From contig PDIP01000051.1 of the NCBI GenBank assembly GCA_002811645.1, positions 109,127 to 173,126 on the forward strand: DNA of 64,000 nucleotides, in the 5' to 3' direction. The first letter of the stretch is position 1, and each line of letters begins with the position of its first letter. The notes under the pieces were generated by a model that worked only from the letters and a program-made list of their open reading frames with translations, had not been told where the DNA came from and ran no database searches. This document shows, in pieces, positions 34,765 to 45,532 of the stretch. The position numbers were made by a program, and so were the translations under genes. This DNA is from Corallochytrium limacisporum Hawaii. Lineage: Eukaryota > Protista > Pluriformea.

Positions 34765-35868
34765 TTAGTTCTGCCCAGGGTTTGCAGCTGAGACAGCAGC
34801 AGGGGCACTGCCTCCCTCGACCGAAGCACTGCCATCTTTCTGCAGTAGTTCGCTCAGGAACAGACGAGCAAACGAAGTCGAGGCAAACTGTTGGATTTGC
34901 CGACAGTACTGAGAAACCTGCGACGAGATCAAGAGCGCTTCCAGGCGGTTCTTGGGCTCAGGAATCTGGAACTTCTGCATGATCTCCTCTTCATCAATAG
35001 CAGACTCGGGATCCTCTCCACGCGCGGTGGCATCTGCCCGCTTCTTCTGGATGAACTGAGTGACCTGCTGCTGGACCTTCATGTACGACCGGACATGCTG
35101 CTGGAAGTAGTTCTGGTCCCGGGTATATTGGTCCATGGAGCCTACCAGCAGTTCCAGGCTCTTCTCCAGGAACGGCATCGTGGTCATGTCCAGCTCTTCG
35201 TAAGTATCGGTGATCTGCCGGTCGACCTCATGGAGTAGTACCTGCATCAGACTGCTGTTACTGATTTTGATGGGCAGCTCTTCAAAGATGTCGTTGTAGC
35301 TAAGGTTGGCCTGACGGATGGCAATGTGGCTAAAGTCACTGGCACGGTAGAGGTCCATGAATTTCTGAGTCAATCGCAGGGCGCGTAGGCACAGGGTGCC
35401 TTTAGCAGTGCGCAAAGGGTCATAGAGTAGACACACGCTCTGCTCAATCTGGTCCTGGTACACAAATTGTGTGTCCACGATAGCCGCATTGAAGGCGAAG
35501 GTCTGTTGGGCGGGCGGTCCGAGGAATGTGCTGCGGTACCATCCGACGGAGTGGCTATCGACGTTGACCTCCCGGAGTTGTCGCATCATGTCGATCTGGT
35601 ACTGGTACTTGAACGACTCGGCATCCTGGCCGTCAATGTCCTCAACATTCGGGATCGGGAAGCAGTTGCTGATCTCCAAGCAGGTGTCCACGTTGAGCCC
35701 GAGCAGCTGACCACTGACCGTGCTGTGTGATTCTTGGCAGTGCTTAACAATCTTGAGAATGACCAAAGCATCGACTTGAACATAAGTCGGGATCTTACCA
35801 TGGGAGGGTGGCGCTTGGGTGGAACTTTGTCCCATGCCCTGGGCGAGGGCCTGGGCCATAGAAGTCAT
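34765..35868 (-). CDS. EIF3H: Translation initiation factor eIF3 subunit H (MPN domain)
   Basis: VQVDALVILKIVKHC, GQLLGL, LEISNCFP, MMRQLREVNVD, VGWYRST, IFEELPIKISNS. Confidence 0.92.
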   Translation of the reverse strand: MTSMAQALAQGMGQSSTQAPPSHGKIPTYVQVDALVILKIVKHCQESHSTVSGQLLGLNVDTCLEISNCFPIPNVEDIDGQDAESFKYQYQIDMMRQLREVNVDSHSVGWYRSTFLGPPAQQTFAFNAAIVDTQFVYQDQIEQSVCLLYDPLRTAKGTLCLRALRLTQKFMDLYRASDFSHIAIRQANLSYNDIFEELPIKISNSSLMQVLLHEVDRQITDTYEELDMTTMPFLEKSLELLVGSMDQYTRDQNYFQQHVRSYMKVQQQVTQFIQKKRADATARGEDPESAIDEEEIMQKFQIPEPKNRLEALLISSQVSQYCRQIQQFASTSFARLFLSELLQKDGSASVEGGSAPAAVSAANPGQN

Positions 35869-35925
35869 AGTTGCTTAAGAGTTTATGTCTCTTTTCTTGA
35901 GAACCCGATAAAGTACCCGGTATTG

Positions 35926-36014
35926 CTATAATTGCAATTATAACAATAAATAGATTAGAGTGACGAATAACCCCGGAAATGAATAACTACTGCTTTCGAA
36001 TAATTATCATTCAC
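35926..36014 (-). other. Candidate 5'-UTR intron (89 nt)
   Basis: GG|GTGAAT donor, CTAAT branch (35954-35958), AT-rich body, TTATAG acceptor. Confidence 0.55.
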
Positions 36015-36840
36015 CCCGATAGGTCGTGACACAATGGAATGTACACTCTAGTTTCTTTCTTTAGAACGATAAGAAAAAGCTCGAAGGGCCAGTGATATTA
36101 TTGCTTTGATAGTGATCGTCTTGTACCCCATTGGATCATGTAATATTCAGAGCATGTGATGCTACTGGCGCGTTACTGGCGCGTTGTCAGAAGCAACAAT
36201 TACTGGACTGGTAAAAATAAGACCACGGCAGATTGAAAGACTGTTGGTGGTCAATTCCGAACTAAGACATTCTACACTGTATGTGTGCGTTAGAAGCAGT
36301 GCTCGGGTCGCCTTCTGTGGGAGTCGCGCTGTCAAAGCACCAACTGTGTGAGTGGGGAAAGCAGACACACTCACGGACACACACACACACACATTCTGTG
36401 TGTATCTCTTTCTTGCTAAGCGTTGACATATCGAACACTGGCCCTTACTCCCTCCCCCACGTGTGGATCCCTCACCGAGTGTTGTGCCCCCACAGCACTT
36501 CCCAAACCGGTCGCCGATTCAAAAATGAATCATAAAATCAATTTTGTAGCACCTTTAGTTTCTATGAATTCGATTTCAAAATAATAAGGAGATGCTTTGT
36601 ATGAAGTAAATGGAGGACCGTGCCTCTGATTTGAATCAAATCAGGCCCCCCAACTGGGCCACCACTTCCCGTCTCTCCCGGGCGACCGATTGCCGACTCG
36701 GGAGGGGTCCCGACAGCCACAGCGGGACCGGGCGGTCTCATCCAGTCTTTCGCACTTGGCGATCTTACCGTGGCGAAAGAGACATCTTGAACCTTTTTCA
36801 AACACCCATGGTCTGGGATTGTTACACTTTTTAATTTTAG

Positions 36841-37380
36841 GATGTGTGATAGTCTACATCAAGGAGGCAGTTCCAGTGGAGCTGAGTGGAGACAGTCTAT
36901 TTAGACAGGAAAACATTCACGGTGCTCTTAATGCCTACTCCGCTGCTTTGAAGCAGTCCAAGGACGATAAGGTCGACCACACCGCCCTACATTCAAACCG
37001 TGCCGCCTGTTATCTTCGACTCACCCGCTACTCCAGTGCTCTGGATGACTGCGACAGAGCCCTGGACATGCTAAACGATTCCGCGCAGCTCGCGCGCCTC
37101 GGGCTGGCGCCTTGCAGCACTTGACTTGCCCAGAAACGCGGGCGCCTGCTTGCCCGCAAGTATGCGGCGCTGTTCGGCATGAAGCAGCTCAGACCAGCGC
37201 TAGCCATCCTGGACGAGGCCATCACCATCCAATCGCACCGCCAGGACCTGCTTGAAGATTGAGAGCGGATTGTGTCCGCGCTGGAAGCAGACACTGAGAG
37301 CGAGTGATTTGATGCAAGGCTCGACACAGTTGACCATGATATATCGCAGATCTTAACAATGGTAACATTAAAGAAAGTAA
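36841..37380 (+). pseudogene. TPR-repeat coding frame interrupted by in-frame TGA codons; boundaries approximate
   Basis: GDSLFRQ...ALNAYSAAL, LHSNRAACYLRL...ALDDCDRAL, then a third TPR beyond TGA 37122; further TGAs at 37260 and 37305; no in-frame ATG before the TPRs. Confidence 0.65.
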
Positions 37381-37581
37381 GCGGATATGTGAGAGAAGCA
37401 CGCTTAAGATTGTCTCTGTCCCTGTGTCGCAGTTGTCAAATTTCTTCTGTGTATCTGTGTAATGACGTCGACAGCAAGTGAAAGTGCAAGACTACGCCGG
37501 TTTGTGTTATTTTTAATTTGTTTCTTTGTTCGTGCGAACTCTCCCGCAGTGTTTGTTCTCCGTTTCTGCCATCCAGGTACC

Positions 37582-39960
37582 TCACTCCTTGGGAGGCCTC
37601 TTGCGAGACACGCCAATTCGCGATCCCATGCGAATAAGCGTCTCCATGGGCCGGCTTGAGTTCTCCAGAATATCCGCATCGAAGTCAATAGCGTTCGGTT
37701 CAAAGAGCAGGATGCACGTACTGCCTCCAAAGGCAAAGTATCCATGTTCTGCACCCTTCTTCACCTCTGACCCGTCTTCCGCGAGGATAACAATGGTACC
37801 AACCATGGTAGCACCGATCGACACAAGTGCCACATTGCCAAATTCCTTCGTCTCAATGTAGCTCACGATGCGCCGGTTTTCCGTGTAGACATTCACGGCC
37901 GTCCGCACCGCCAGAGGGGAGACAGTGTAGTACTCTCCGGGCAGAGAATGACTTGATTCTAACTTACCTGTGACCGGGAAATGCCAGCGGTGGTAGTCCT
38001 GTGGGGCGAGACGGGCAATTACCAGACTGCCGCCGTAGAACTTGGATGCGTTCTTCGGGTCTTGCAGCAGGGTGTCAACGGAAAACCTGTTGCCTTTGAT
38101 CCATACTTCGGTCGCAGTATTTACCGTTGGGAAGATCATCATGCGACAGTCTGCGGGGCTTACCGCCACGCAATCATCGTCCGGACTGTCGATAGGTCGT
38201 GCCCCCGGCTTCAACTGGCGTGCAAAAAAGTCATTGAAATTGTCGAACTTGTCCGCCGGCTTGAGCACCTCGTCCATGTTAATAGAGTACGTGCTGACGA
38301 AACCGGGGATCTTGCTCACGCTCTTGGGATCATTGTAGGCCTTGTTCATCTTCTTTGTCATGTGCGCCAGCAGTTTGCGCGCGTACGCCTCTGTCAAGCC
38401 GCGGCCCACCTTGCGACGGTACATGGTTTTCATGGCCGTGCGAATATACGCGGGGATGGCCTCCTCCACGACATAGCCCGTGGTGCGCTCTTTGACGAGA
38501 ATCTTGGACTGCTGCACCTGTTCCAAGTCCTTGGATTCGCTGATGAAGCCGTTGGTCTCGGCCAAGGAGCCCAAGACCTCAGAATCGAAGACAGCCTTAT
38601 TATGCTTTAGGCAGAGACCGATGTGCGCCATCTTGTCCCTCGCACAAACGGTCGAATCCAGCCCCTTGGCACAAACTGGGCAGCGGTTGATCTTGATCAG
38701 GTTCTCACTGGCAGCCCGTTCACTCATGTACTCGTACAACTCCAACGGGGAGATCACTCCATCCTTGTCCGTGTCCATTTCCCCAAAAAGACTGTCCATC
38801 TCCTCATCTGACAACTGCGTGCCAATAGTGTTGAGCATAGCGGCCAATTCGACCGGATCAAGCGTGTTGTTACCGTCCGCATCAAAGTATGAGGCCACCA
38901 CCTCCCAGAAGCCGCGTTCGGCCTCCTGGACTGTCGCGAAAGTGGCACTGAATTGGAGCGTGCCCAGATCTTCCTCAGTTTCCGTGACCAGCTCTTCCGC
39001 AGGCTTGTTCTCTGCAGCATCGCCCTTAGTTTTGCTCTTGGCGTCCGCGCTAGGCACAGATATACTCAGATCCGTGTGGTACCTTCGGTTGGTCAGAGGT
39101 AGATCAAAGTCCGCATGCGACTGATCCTTAAAGCAGGACACGGGGATGGCGACTGTTCCCAAAAAGTCATCTGTACTGCTTTGGTCTTTGTCCCAGACTG
39201 TCACGATCACACTGTCCCCGCCATAGCGTCTATCAGTGCTGCGGTTCTGTGGTAGCCATATCTGAATAAACTCATTAAAGTCCGGGTTGAGGGTCTTGGG
39301 CACGACCTTGGTGCGCCATTCTTTGGTATCGTAGCGGATCACGCAATACGGATCGCTGGTTCCACCACGGTCAGAGGCTTTGATTGAGCGAGCAGACTTC
39401 AGCGTCAGACGCAGAATGCCTTCGTAGTTGTGGGAGATGGGGTCCAGGTCCGATTCACGTTTGCCGAGCTGCAGAGAAATTCGTCTCAGGTGCACCTTGA
39501 CGCGGATCTCGCCATGTTCGATCTTTTCGAGCTTGAGTAATTTCTCAACTTCCCCTTCGTCCTCCTTGCCTTCCTCAATGAGTGCTTCGATCTCCTTTTC
39601 GCTGAGGGACACCGTTGCTGTGCCGAGGAAATCATCTGAATCGAAGCGATCTCGGTCGTAGACCTTGAACTTGAGGACAAGGGGGAACTCCTCGACAGGT
39701 AGATGGAAGGTTTCGTTCCAGACTGGGTTCAGATTCTTATTGATGACTTTGGTTTTGAACTGGTTAACGCCAGCGGACAGAATGACGTACGGATCGGAAG
39801 AGTTCGGCCTGCCCATCTTGCGATCCTTTGCCACCAAATTGTGACCGGAAATGATCTCAATCACAGCGGAGAATCTGAGTGCGTAGCGTAGAACGTTGCG
39901 CGGGCTGTTCTCTCGGCTGTTCGCCGGTCGAGGGCTCACCAGTTCCTTGGTTGGTGACAT
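37582..39960 (-). CDS. PSD2: Phosphatidylserine decarboxylase 2 (C2-C2-EF-hand-PSD)
   Basis: Two C2 domains (SDPYV, SDPYC), EF-hands DADGNNTLD and DTDKDGVIS, FNDFFARQLK, SPADCR, RLAPQDYHRWH, FGGST cleavage motif. Confidence 0.93.
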   Translation of the reverse strand: MSPTKELVSPRPANSRENSPRNVLRYALRFSAVIEIISGHNLVAKDRKMGRPNSSDPYVILSAGVNQFKTKVINKNLNPVWNETFHLPVEEFPLVLKFKVYDRDRFDSDDFLGTATVSLSEKEIEALIEEGKEDEGEVEKLLKLEKIEHGEIRVKVHLRRISLQLGKRESDLDPISHNYEGILRLTLKSARSIKASDRGGTSDPYCVIRYDTKEWRTKVVPKTLNPDFNEFIQIWLPQNRSTDRRYGGDSVIVTVWDKDQSSTDDFLGTVAIPVSCFKDQSHADFDLPLTNRRYHTDLSISVPSADAKSKTKGDAAENKPAEELVTETEEDLGTLQFSATFATVQEAERGFWEVVASYFDADGNNTLDPVELAAMLNTIGTQLSDEEMDSLFGEMDTDKDGVISPLELYEYMSERAASENLIKINRCPVCAKGLDSTVCARDKMAHIGLCLKHNKAVFDSEVLGSLAETNGFISESKDLEQVQQSKILVKERTTGYVVEEAIPAYIRTAMKTMYRRKVGRGLTEAYARKLLAHMTKKMNKAYNDPKSVSKIPGFVSTYSINMDEVLKPADKFDNFNDFFARQLKPGARPIDSPDDDCVAVSPADCRMMIFPTVNTATEVWIKGNRFSVDTLLQDPKNASKFYGGSLVIARLAPQDYHRWHFPVTGKLESSHSLPGEYYTVSPLAVRTAVNVYTENRRIVSYIETKEFGNVALVSIGATMVGTIVILAEDGSEVKKGAEHGYFAFGGSTCILLFEPNAIDFDADILENSSRPMETLIRMGSRIGVSRKRPPKE

Positions 39961-39962
39961 GA

Positions 39963-40012
39963 CTGTTGTTCTCGTATCCCGTTTGTTAGTTGGGTTTTGT
40001 CGCAGGAGTTAC
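39963..40012 (-). other. Candidate 5'-UTR intron (50 nt)
   Basis: GG|GTAACT donor, ACTAAC branch (39985-39990), AACAG acceptor 2 nt before the ATG; the donor could lie further upstream. Confidence 0.5.
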
Positions 40013-41268
40013 CCACACCTCAGCGAGCCTACACCCGGGTTGCTGCACAGTTTGCCTGAAAATACCAGCACATTGCTTCCGGGCCCGACAGGGCAACAGC
40101 TTGACGTCCCAACCACCGCCTGCCCCCGTTGAATTGTCCGCGTAAGCCGTTAACAAAGTGGGCAGCCCCAGTCCTACGCTGTTTGGTTTCGTTCGCCGTA
40201 TCGGGGGCCACCCCCGCCCTGCGGCGGGACTACACACACCGCACAGGAGCAAATAGAAAAGGAAAAAGGGAGAGAGGCAGCCAGTGCACAACAAAAGAAA
40301 AGGAAAAATACCTAAAACACCGAAACAAAGGTTAGGGCACCCAAAGGGAAAAGTAAAAAAATGGATGACTTCCCGGGGCAACCCCCTCCTCCTGCCCTCC
40401 ACTCCCCGCTTCTCTCGACCAGGGGCACCGCACCGGTTGAACTTTCGTTTCGTACCCCGCCGGCCTTTTTGGAGGGGAGAGGGAGGCCTCCCCCCGGAGG
40501 GGGGGGGGGGCTTTCGACTCTTTCAATTTTTTTGCGCGCTTTGGGAGATGGGCCTTGACGGACGGACGGGCTGGCGGGACAAGCACGGCAGGGCGGGACA
40601 AGACCACTTTGTTCTCCCCGCTACAAACTTTTTTTTGTGCGTGCGTGCGTGGGTGTGTGTGTGTGTCTCTCTGTTTTTTTCTGTGATTTTTGTCTTTTTT
40701 CTTTTTGGGTTCGTTACTTTTTGGCCCAGGGTTTCGGAGGGCCTTTTGATTTTCTTAATTTCTTTTTGTGGCCAAAGCGACGCGGGGCTTATCAGGCTTG
40801 GTAGCTGCCCGCGAACCAAAGCACAACACTGGTCCGGACCACACTGCAAAATACACGCGTGCCCACAGAGACAAAGAAGACACACACGCACACATCACAC
40901 ACAGGGCGACGGGACTGGGTAATGATGGGGTGTGATGTGGCGCACATACACACTGCTGTTCTGGGCACGCACTGATACGTTTCAATCCGTGAATTGCCAT
41001 GATGCCTTTGGCGTAGTGTGGTGACAACCGCATCATCGGGGTGGACTGGACGTTTTCTGATCTATCATTCCGTGGAGAGTAGGGTTTTCCTCCTGGCATC
41101 CACACGGTTTAGATAGGAATCCGTTCGGTATGGTTCTTGCGCCCGTATAGTTCTCCGGGGAGGAAGCCCCCGCGTTTGGTGGCACATCAAGATCAATCAC
41201 TGCTGTTGTTTGCTGTTTTGGAACCGGTTCTTGTCTCCAGTGTGTGCTTGCCCTCGATTCCCCCCCCC

Positions 41269-41318
41269 NNNNNNNNNNNNNNNNNNNNNNNNNNNNNNNN
41301 NNNNNNNNNNNNNNNNNN
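41269..41318. other. Assembly gap (50 N) flanked by C runs
   Basis: N run. Confidence 1.
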
Positions 41319-41874
41319 CCCCCCCTTACGGTGTCCCCGGTGTGGGTGGTAGTGGGTAATACGTGAATCGGCCGTTGGGGCCCTTCCCTTCTTTTCTTTT
41401 TCTTTTTTTTTTCTCTCCGCCTTTCTCTTCTCCGGAAGGGGACCTTACCGGGTCGTTTCCCCATTCACCAGACCCCTCCCCCTTCCCTTCCTCCTCCTTC
41501 TCGCGCATTCCAGGCACGGGTGCTGCGTTACAGAACCCGCAAGGTATTTTGCTTTTTCTTTTTTTGTTTCTCTCTCTCTCTTTCTCCCCCGTTCTTTCTT
41601 TCTTGCTTTCTTTGGGTATTCTTGGGGTTGGTTGGTCGGGTTTTGGCAAAAAAGCAAGCACGAAAGGGTCTGAAGGGCGGATTACAAAACAGTCAGTATA
41701 TGTTTTAAACTAGAAACAGTTGAGTTCTTGCTTGAAAATACAGAAGTCAGTATATTATGCGAGGACCAGGTTCACAATGCGATTATACTCACGAAAGCCG
41801 GCATCAGTGGCAGCTTCACTGGGATACGCTAATGACTCGCTCTCTATCTATTCTATTCTTTGATTCTCCAAAAT

Positions 41875-44451
41875 CTAGAGCTGGAATAAGAACCGTAGAT
41901 CGTTCTCGGACAAGCGCTGCAGGGAGTTCTGGTCCATGCCAACTGTCGACTCAAAGAGCAACTTCTTCTTCTCCTGCAGCTCCACGATGCGCGATTCAAT
42001 GCTGTTCTCAATGATCATGCGCTTGACCACAATGCTACGGTGCTGTCCGAGGCGATGAATGCGGTCCATGGCCTGATCCTCCACAGCGGGATTCCACCAC
42101 GGGTCCATTATGTACACGCGGGACGCTTCAGTAAGGTTCAGCGCCACCCCTCCAGCCTTCAGGGAAATCAAGAAGACTGTGATATTCGGATCGGTATTGA
42201 AGGCCTGGATCATGGCATCACGCGCTGCGGGGCCCATGCGACCGTCCAGTTTAACGGAACGGATACCCATACGCTGCAGGCGCCAGTCAAGGAGATCGAG
42301 GAAATTCGTGAACTGCGAGAAGACGATGGACTTCACCGTACGGTCGTTCTGCTTGTAGTGTGTGAGTTCCTCCAAAAGAGCCTCGATCTTGGTGCTGGAA
42401 CGCCAGCGTTCCAGGTGGATGCGCTGCAGGATATTGTCCTTCCCACTGCTTCTCTTCGATCCCTTCGACCCGGATGCCTTGGACAGATCGTCAAGCTGGA
42501 CAGTCTCCTGTTCAAGGTCAATGGTCAGGTGCCGGAAACAAATTGGGCATTTCACCTGGTCCTCGCTCTCCATGGTCGAGTCCAGGTACTGCCGCATGCA
42601 CTCGCGGCAGAAAATGTGTGAGCACTTGGCTGCTATCGCATCTTCCGCGGCTTCGTGGCAAATACCGCAAACGTTGTGGCGCGGGCCAGACTTGTCGAAG
42701 CGGCGGTTGTGTAGGACAAGCCACGGATGATTCGCAGCCTGACGCATGCGCATAAGCAGGTCAAAAATATGCGCGTAGTTGTTCAGGACGGTGCCAGCGT
42801 GCACATAGCTCATAAACTTAGTGGATGTCTCCGTGTAGAGGGCTTCGTAAAAGTCTTCCTCTTCGTCATTGAAGTAGTCCTTGCGTGTGACAACGGTGCG
42901 CGGTGGGAGACCGAGATCGGATGCCCGTTCGAGCTTCGTGCGACGGAGCATGAATGCCCGTAGCATCTTTCCGAGCTTGTTGAATGCCACACGTCCTTCG
43001 CCTTGGCCACCGAAATTCTGAATCGGCTTTAGAATCTCGCGGTTCCACCAGCAGAAGTGGTTCATGCCGCGATGTCCACAATCAGCACATGTCCGGCCGT
43101 TGATCATATTCCAGGTTGGGCTTGCACATGGACATTGATTGCAGAAATAGTACGCGTACGGGTAGACGCCCTGGAATCGAATTAACGAGTATAACTCGCC
43201 AACACGGTTCTGCAGAGGTGTGCCTGAAAGTGACCAGCGTTTGTTGGTGTGCAGATGAAACACAGCACGCGCTGTTTGGCTGGAGCGATCTTTGATGGCG
43301 TGCGCTTCGTCCAGGATGATTCGGAACCACTTGAATTTGTGCAACGGGGATTCTGGGTAATATTTCTTCCCCTGCTTTGTCCGACCTTGGGTCGAGTATC
43401 GGAACTGTTGCTCGACGGTGCCGTAGGTAGTAAGCACAACGTTGTGGTCACCAAACTGGTCAGCGACCTTGTCCTTATTTAGTCCGTGGAAGACCATGAC
43501 CTTGAGAGCGCCCGGCGCCCTATTCTCAATCTCTGATCTCCACTGGAGCAATGCAACTGTCGGACACACCACCAGAGTGGTGCGTTTCGGCTCATCGCTG
43601 AGAAGGAGGCTGATCATCTGGATAGTCTTGCCCATGCCCATCTCATCCGCCAGGATGCCGCCGCGAAACTTGGTCTGCTCCTGTTGCAGGAACCAGCCCA
43701 GGCCCTCCTGCTGAAATGGCAGTAATGTGACCGCTAGCTCATTGGGCTGTACAAAGGGTAGAACATCCATGGGCTTCAGTTTGTCACCGCTCCAGACCTC
43801 CTTCAGTTCGGGGTGATTGCGTTCGATGCGTTTTGTAATGGTCCGTTTCGCCTTTTCCCAGGGCTTCAGGTGGCTAATGTCCTCACCATCGGAGTCAAAC
43901 TGTTTTCTGGTACCAGTACTCCTCCGACGCTTCGATTTCGGTTCTTCTATTTCATCAGCACTGTGTTCGCTGACAATCTCAATTGAATAGTCACTATCGT
44001 CATCGAGATCGCTGTTCTTGCTGTTGTTAAGCTTGCGTTTGATCTGTTTCCGTGCTGAGGCTGATGCAGCTCGTCTACCTTTAATTGGCTCCGTTACAGT
44101 CGCCGCTGTGTCATTGAGATCGTAGAGCGTAACGTCGCTACCCTCGCCATCATCCGAGTCATAGGCATCCTCCTCTTCCATCTTCCTATCGATGCTGGAC
44201 TCTGTCCCTGATTCAACATACACCGGTTTCTGGGGTGTGCCCCTGATCCGGAGAGATCGGCGACGGTTCAACTTTGTGTCATCATCGAGGTCAATCACAC
44301 CAGATGAAGACGAGCCTGCGTCATCATTTCCCTCGTCGTTCATGGTACGTCGGATGTTCTGTTCCTCCTCTTCCTCTCCCTCTGTACTCTTTATGCTGGC
44401 AGCCCGGCGGGGTGTACTCCTTTGCCTTAACCCTCCCTGACCGCGGGCCAT
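41875..44451 (-). CDS. RAD16: Rad16 SNF2 helicase / RING E3 (global-genome nucleotide excision repair)
   Basis: GGILADEMGMGKT, ILDEAH, LSGTPLQNRVGELYSL, Rad16-type Cys insert (HFCWWN), RING CGIC...CSHIFC...CPIC, WRSSTKIEAL, QAMDRIHRLGQ. Confidence 0.93.
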   Translation of the reverse strand: MARGQGGLRQRSTPRRAASIKSTEGEEEEEQNIRRTMNDEGNDDAGSSSSGVIDLDDDTKLNRRRSLRIRGTPQKPVYVESGTESSIDRKMEEEDAYDSDDGEGSDVTLYDLNDTAATVTEPIKGRRAASASARKQIKRKLNNSKNSDLDDDSDYSIEIVSEHSADEIEEPKSKRRRSTGTRKQFDSDGEDISHLKPWEKAKRTITKRIERNHPELKEVWSGDKLKPMDVLPFVQPNELAVTLLPFQQEGLGWFLQQEQTKFRGGILADEMGMGKTIQMISLLLSDEPKRTTLVVCPTVALLQWRSEIENRAPGALKVMVFHGLNKDKVADQFGDHNVVLTTYGTVEQQFRYSTQGRTKQGKKYYPESPLHKFKWFRIILDEAHAIKDRSSQTARAVFHLHTNKRWSLSGTPLQNRVGELYSLIRFQGVYPYAYYFCNQCPCASPTWNMINGRTCADCGHRGMNHFCWWNREILKPIQNFGGQGEGRVAFNKLGKMLRAFMLRRTKLERASDLGLPPRTVVTRKDYFNDEEEDFYEALYTETSTKFMSYVHAGTVLNNYAHIFDLLMRMRQAANHPWLVLHNRRFDKSGPRHNVCGICHEAAEDAIAAKCSHIFCRECMRQYLDSTMESEDQVKCPICFRHLTIDLEQETVQLDDLSKASGSKGSKRSSGKDNILQRIHLERWRSSTKIEALLEELTHYKQNDRTVKSIVFSQFTNFLDLLDWRLQRMGIRSVKLDGRMGPAARDAMIQAFNTDPNITVFLISLKAGGVALNLTEASRVYIMDPWWNPAVEDQAMDRIHRLGQHRSIVVKRMIIENSIESRIVELQEKKKLLFESTVGMDQNSLQRLSENDLRFLFQL

Positions 44452-44463
44452 ATTGTCTTTGAT

Positions 44464-44558
44464 CTACGTAAAAGTTTTCTAAACTAAAACTAACCCTTGT
44501 CCTCAATACACACAAAAACACTCTGTCCCCGGATTGAACGCTGACCACGGGGACTCAC
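44464..44558 (-). other. Candidate start-codon intron (95 nt)
   Basis: ATG|GTGAGT donor; TTTTACGTAG acceptor; splicing puts the upstream ATG in frame (adds MIKDN). Confidence 0.6.
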
Positions 44559-44947
44559 CATTAGCTCAGAGAGATGTTCACTTCCACATTCATTAAGTCT
44601 TTGTTTCATCATTGACATACCTCCAGCAAAATTATAACGGTATTCTCGAAAAGAAACCGTAACAGGAAATGTGCAAAGAAAAATGATTCGCAGTTGCCCA
44701 CGAAATCGTGTCGAAGGCCTGGACAAGGCGATGGAACGGTCAGCTCAACGCCACACCAATGTGGACGCCGAACCGATGACGAACCCCCCGGAAGGAGAAA
44801 GGGGGAGGACGGTTCGGAACGGAGTGGCTTTTTCCCTTTCCTTTTTTTCTTTTTTCCAATACCCACCCGCTCACTATGCACCGCGGAGGATTCTGAGACG
44901 GTACTGGGGACTAGGGAGACTACCCGCGCTTTGGGGGAAGGGGGGGG

Positions 44948-45211
44948 NNNNNNNNNNNNNNNNNNNNNNNNNNNNNNNNNNNNNNNNNNNNNNNNNNNNN
45001 NNNNNNNNNNNNNNNNNNNNNNNNNNNNNNNNNNNNNNNNNNNNNNNNNNNNNNNNNNNNNNNNNNNNNNNNNNNNNNNNNNNNNNNNNNNNNNNNNNNN
45101 NNNNNNNNNNNNNNNNNNNNNNNNNNNNNNNNNNNNNNNNNNNNNNNNNNNNNNNNNNNNNNNNNNNNNNNNNNNNNNNNNNNNNNNNNNNNNNNNNNNN
45201 NNNNNNNNNNN
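44948..45211. other. Assembly gap (264 N) flanked by G runs
   Basis: N run. Confidence 1.
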
Positions 45212-45532
45212 AGGAGGGGGGGGGAGGGGACTGAAAGCTGTTTCGCACCTGCGCGCAGCTGGAGGAAGGAACGGTGGGGAGGAAGCACGCGAGAAGGAGG
45301 GGAGGCGGTGCCTGAGCTCAGACCCGCCGCCTCGGTGGAGAGGCCTCCGCCGCGCAAGCCCGCGCACCAACAGGGAGTGATCTGCAGTGGGACCCAAGGT
45401 ACAACGATCTCTATGTGAACCTATTAGCTATTATATTGTAATACGAGTCATTTTCAATGACGAAATATTCCGATGTCTACTCTTTTGATGATATGAATGA
45501 TGGGTTGTGGTCCTTACGGATAACTTCATGCC

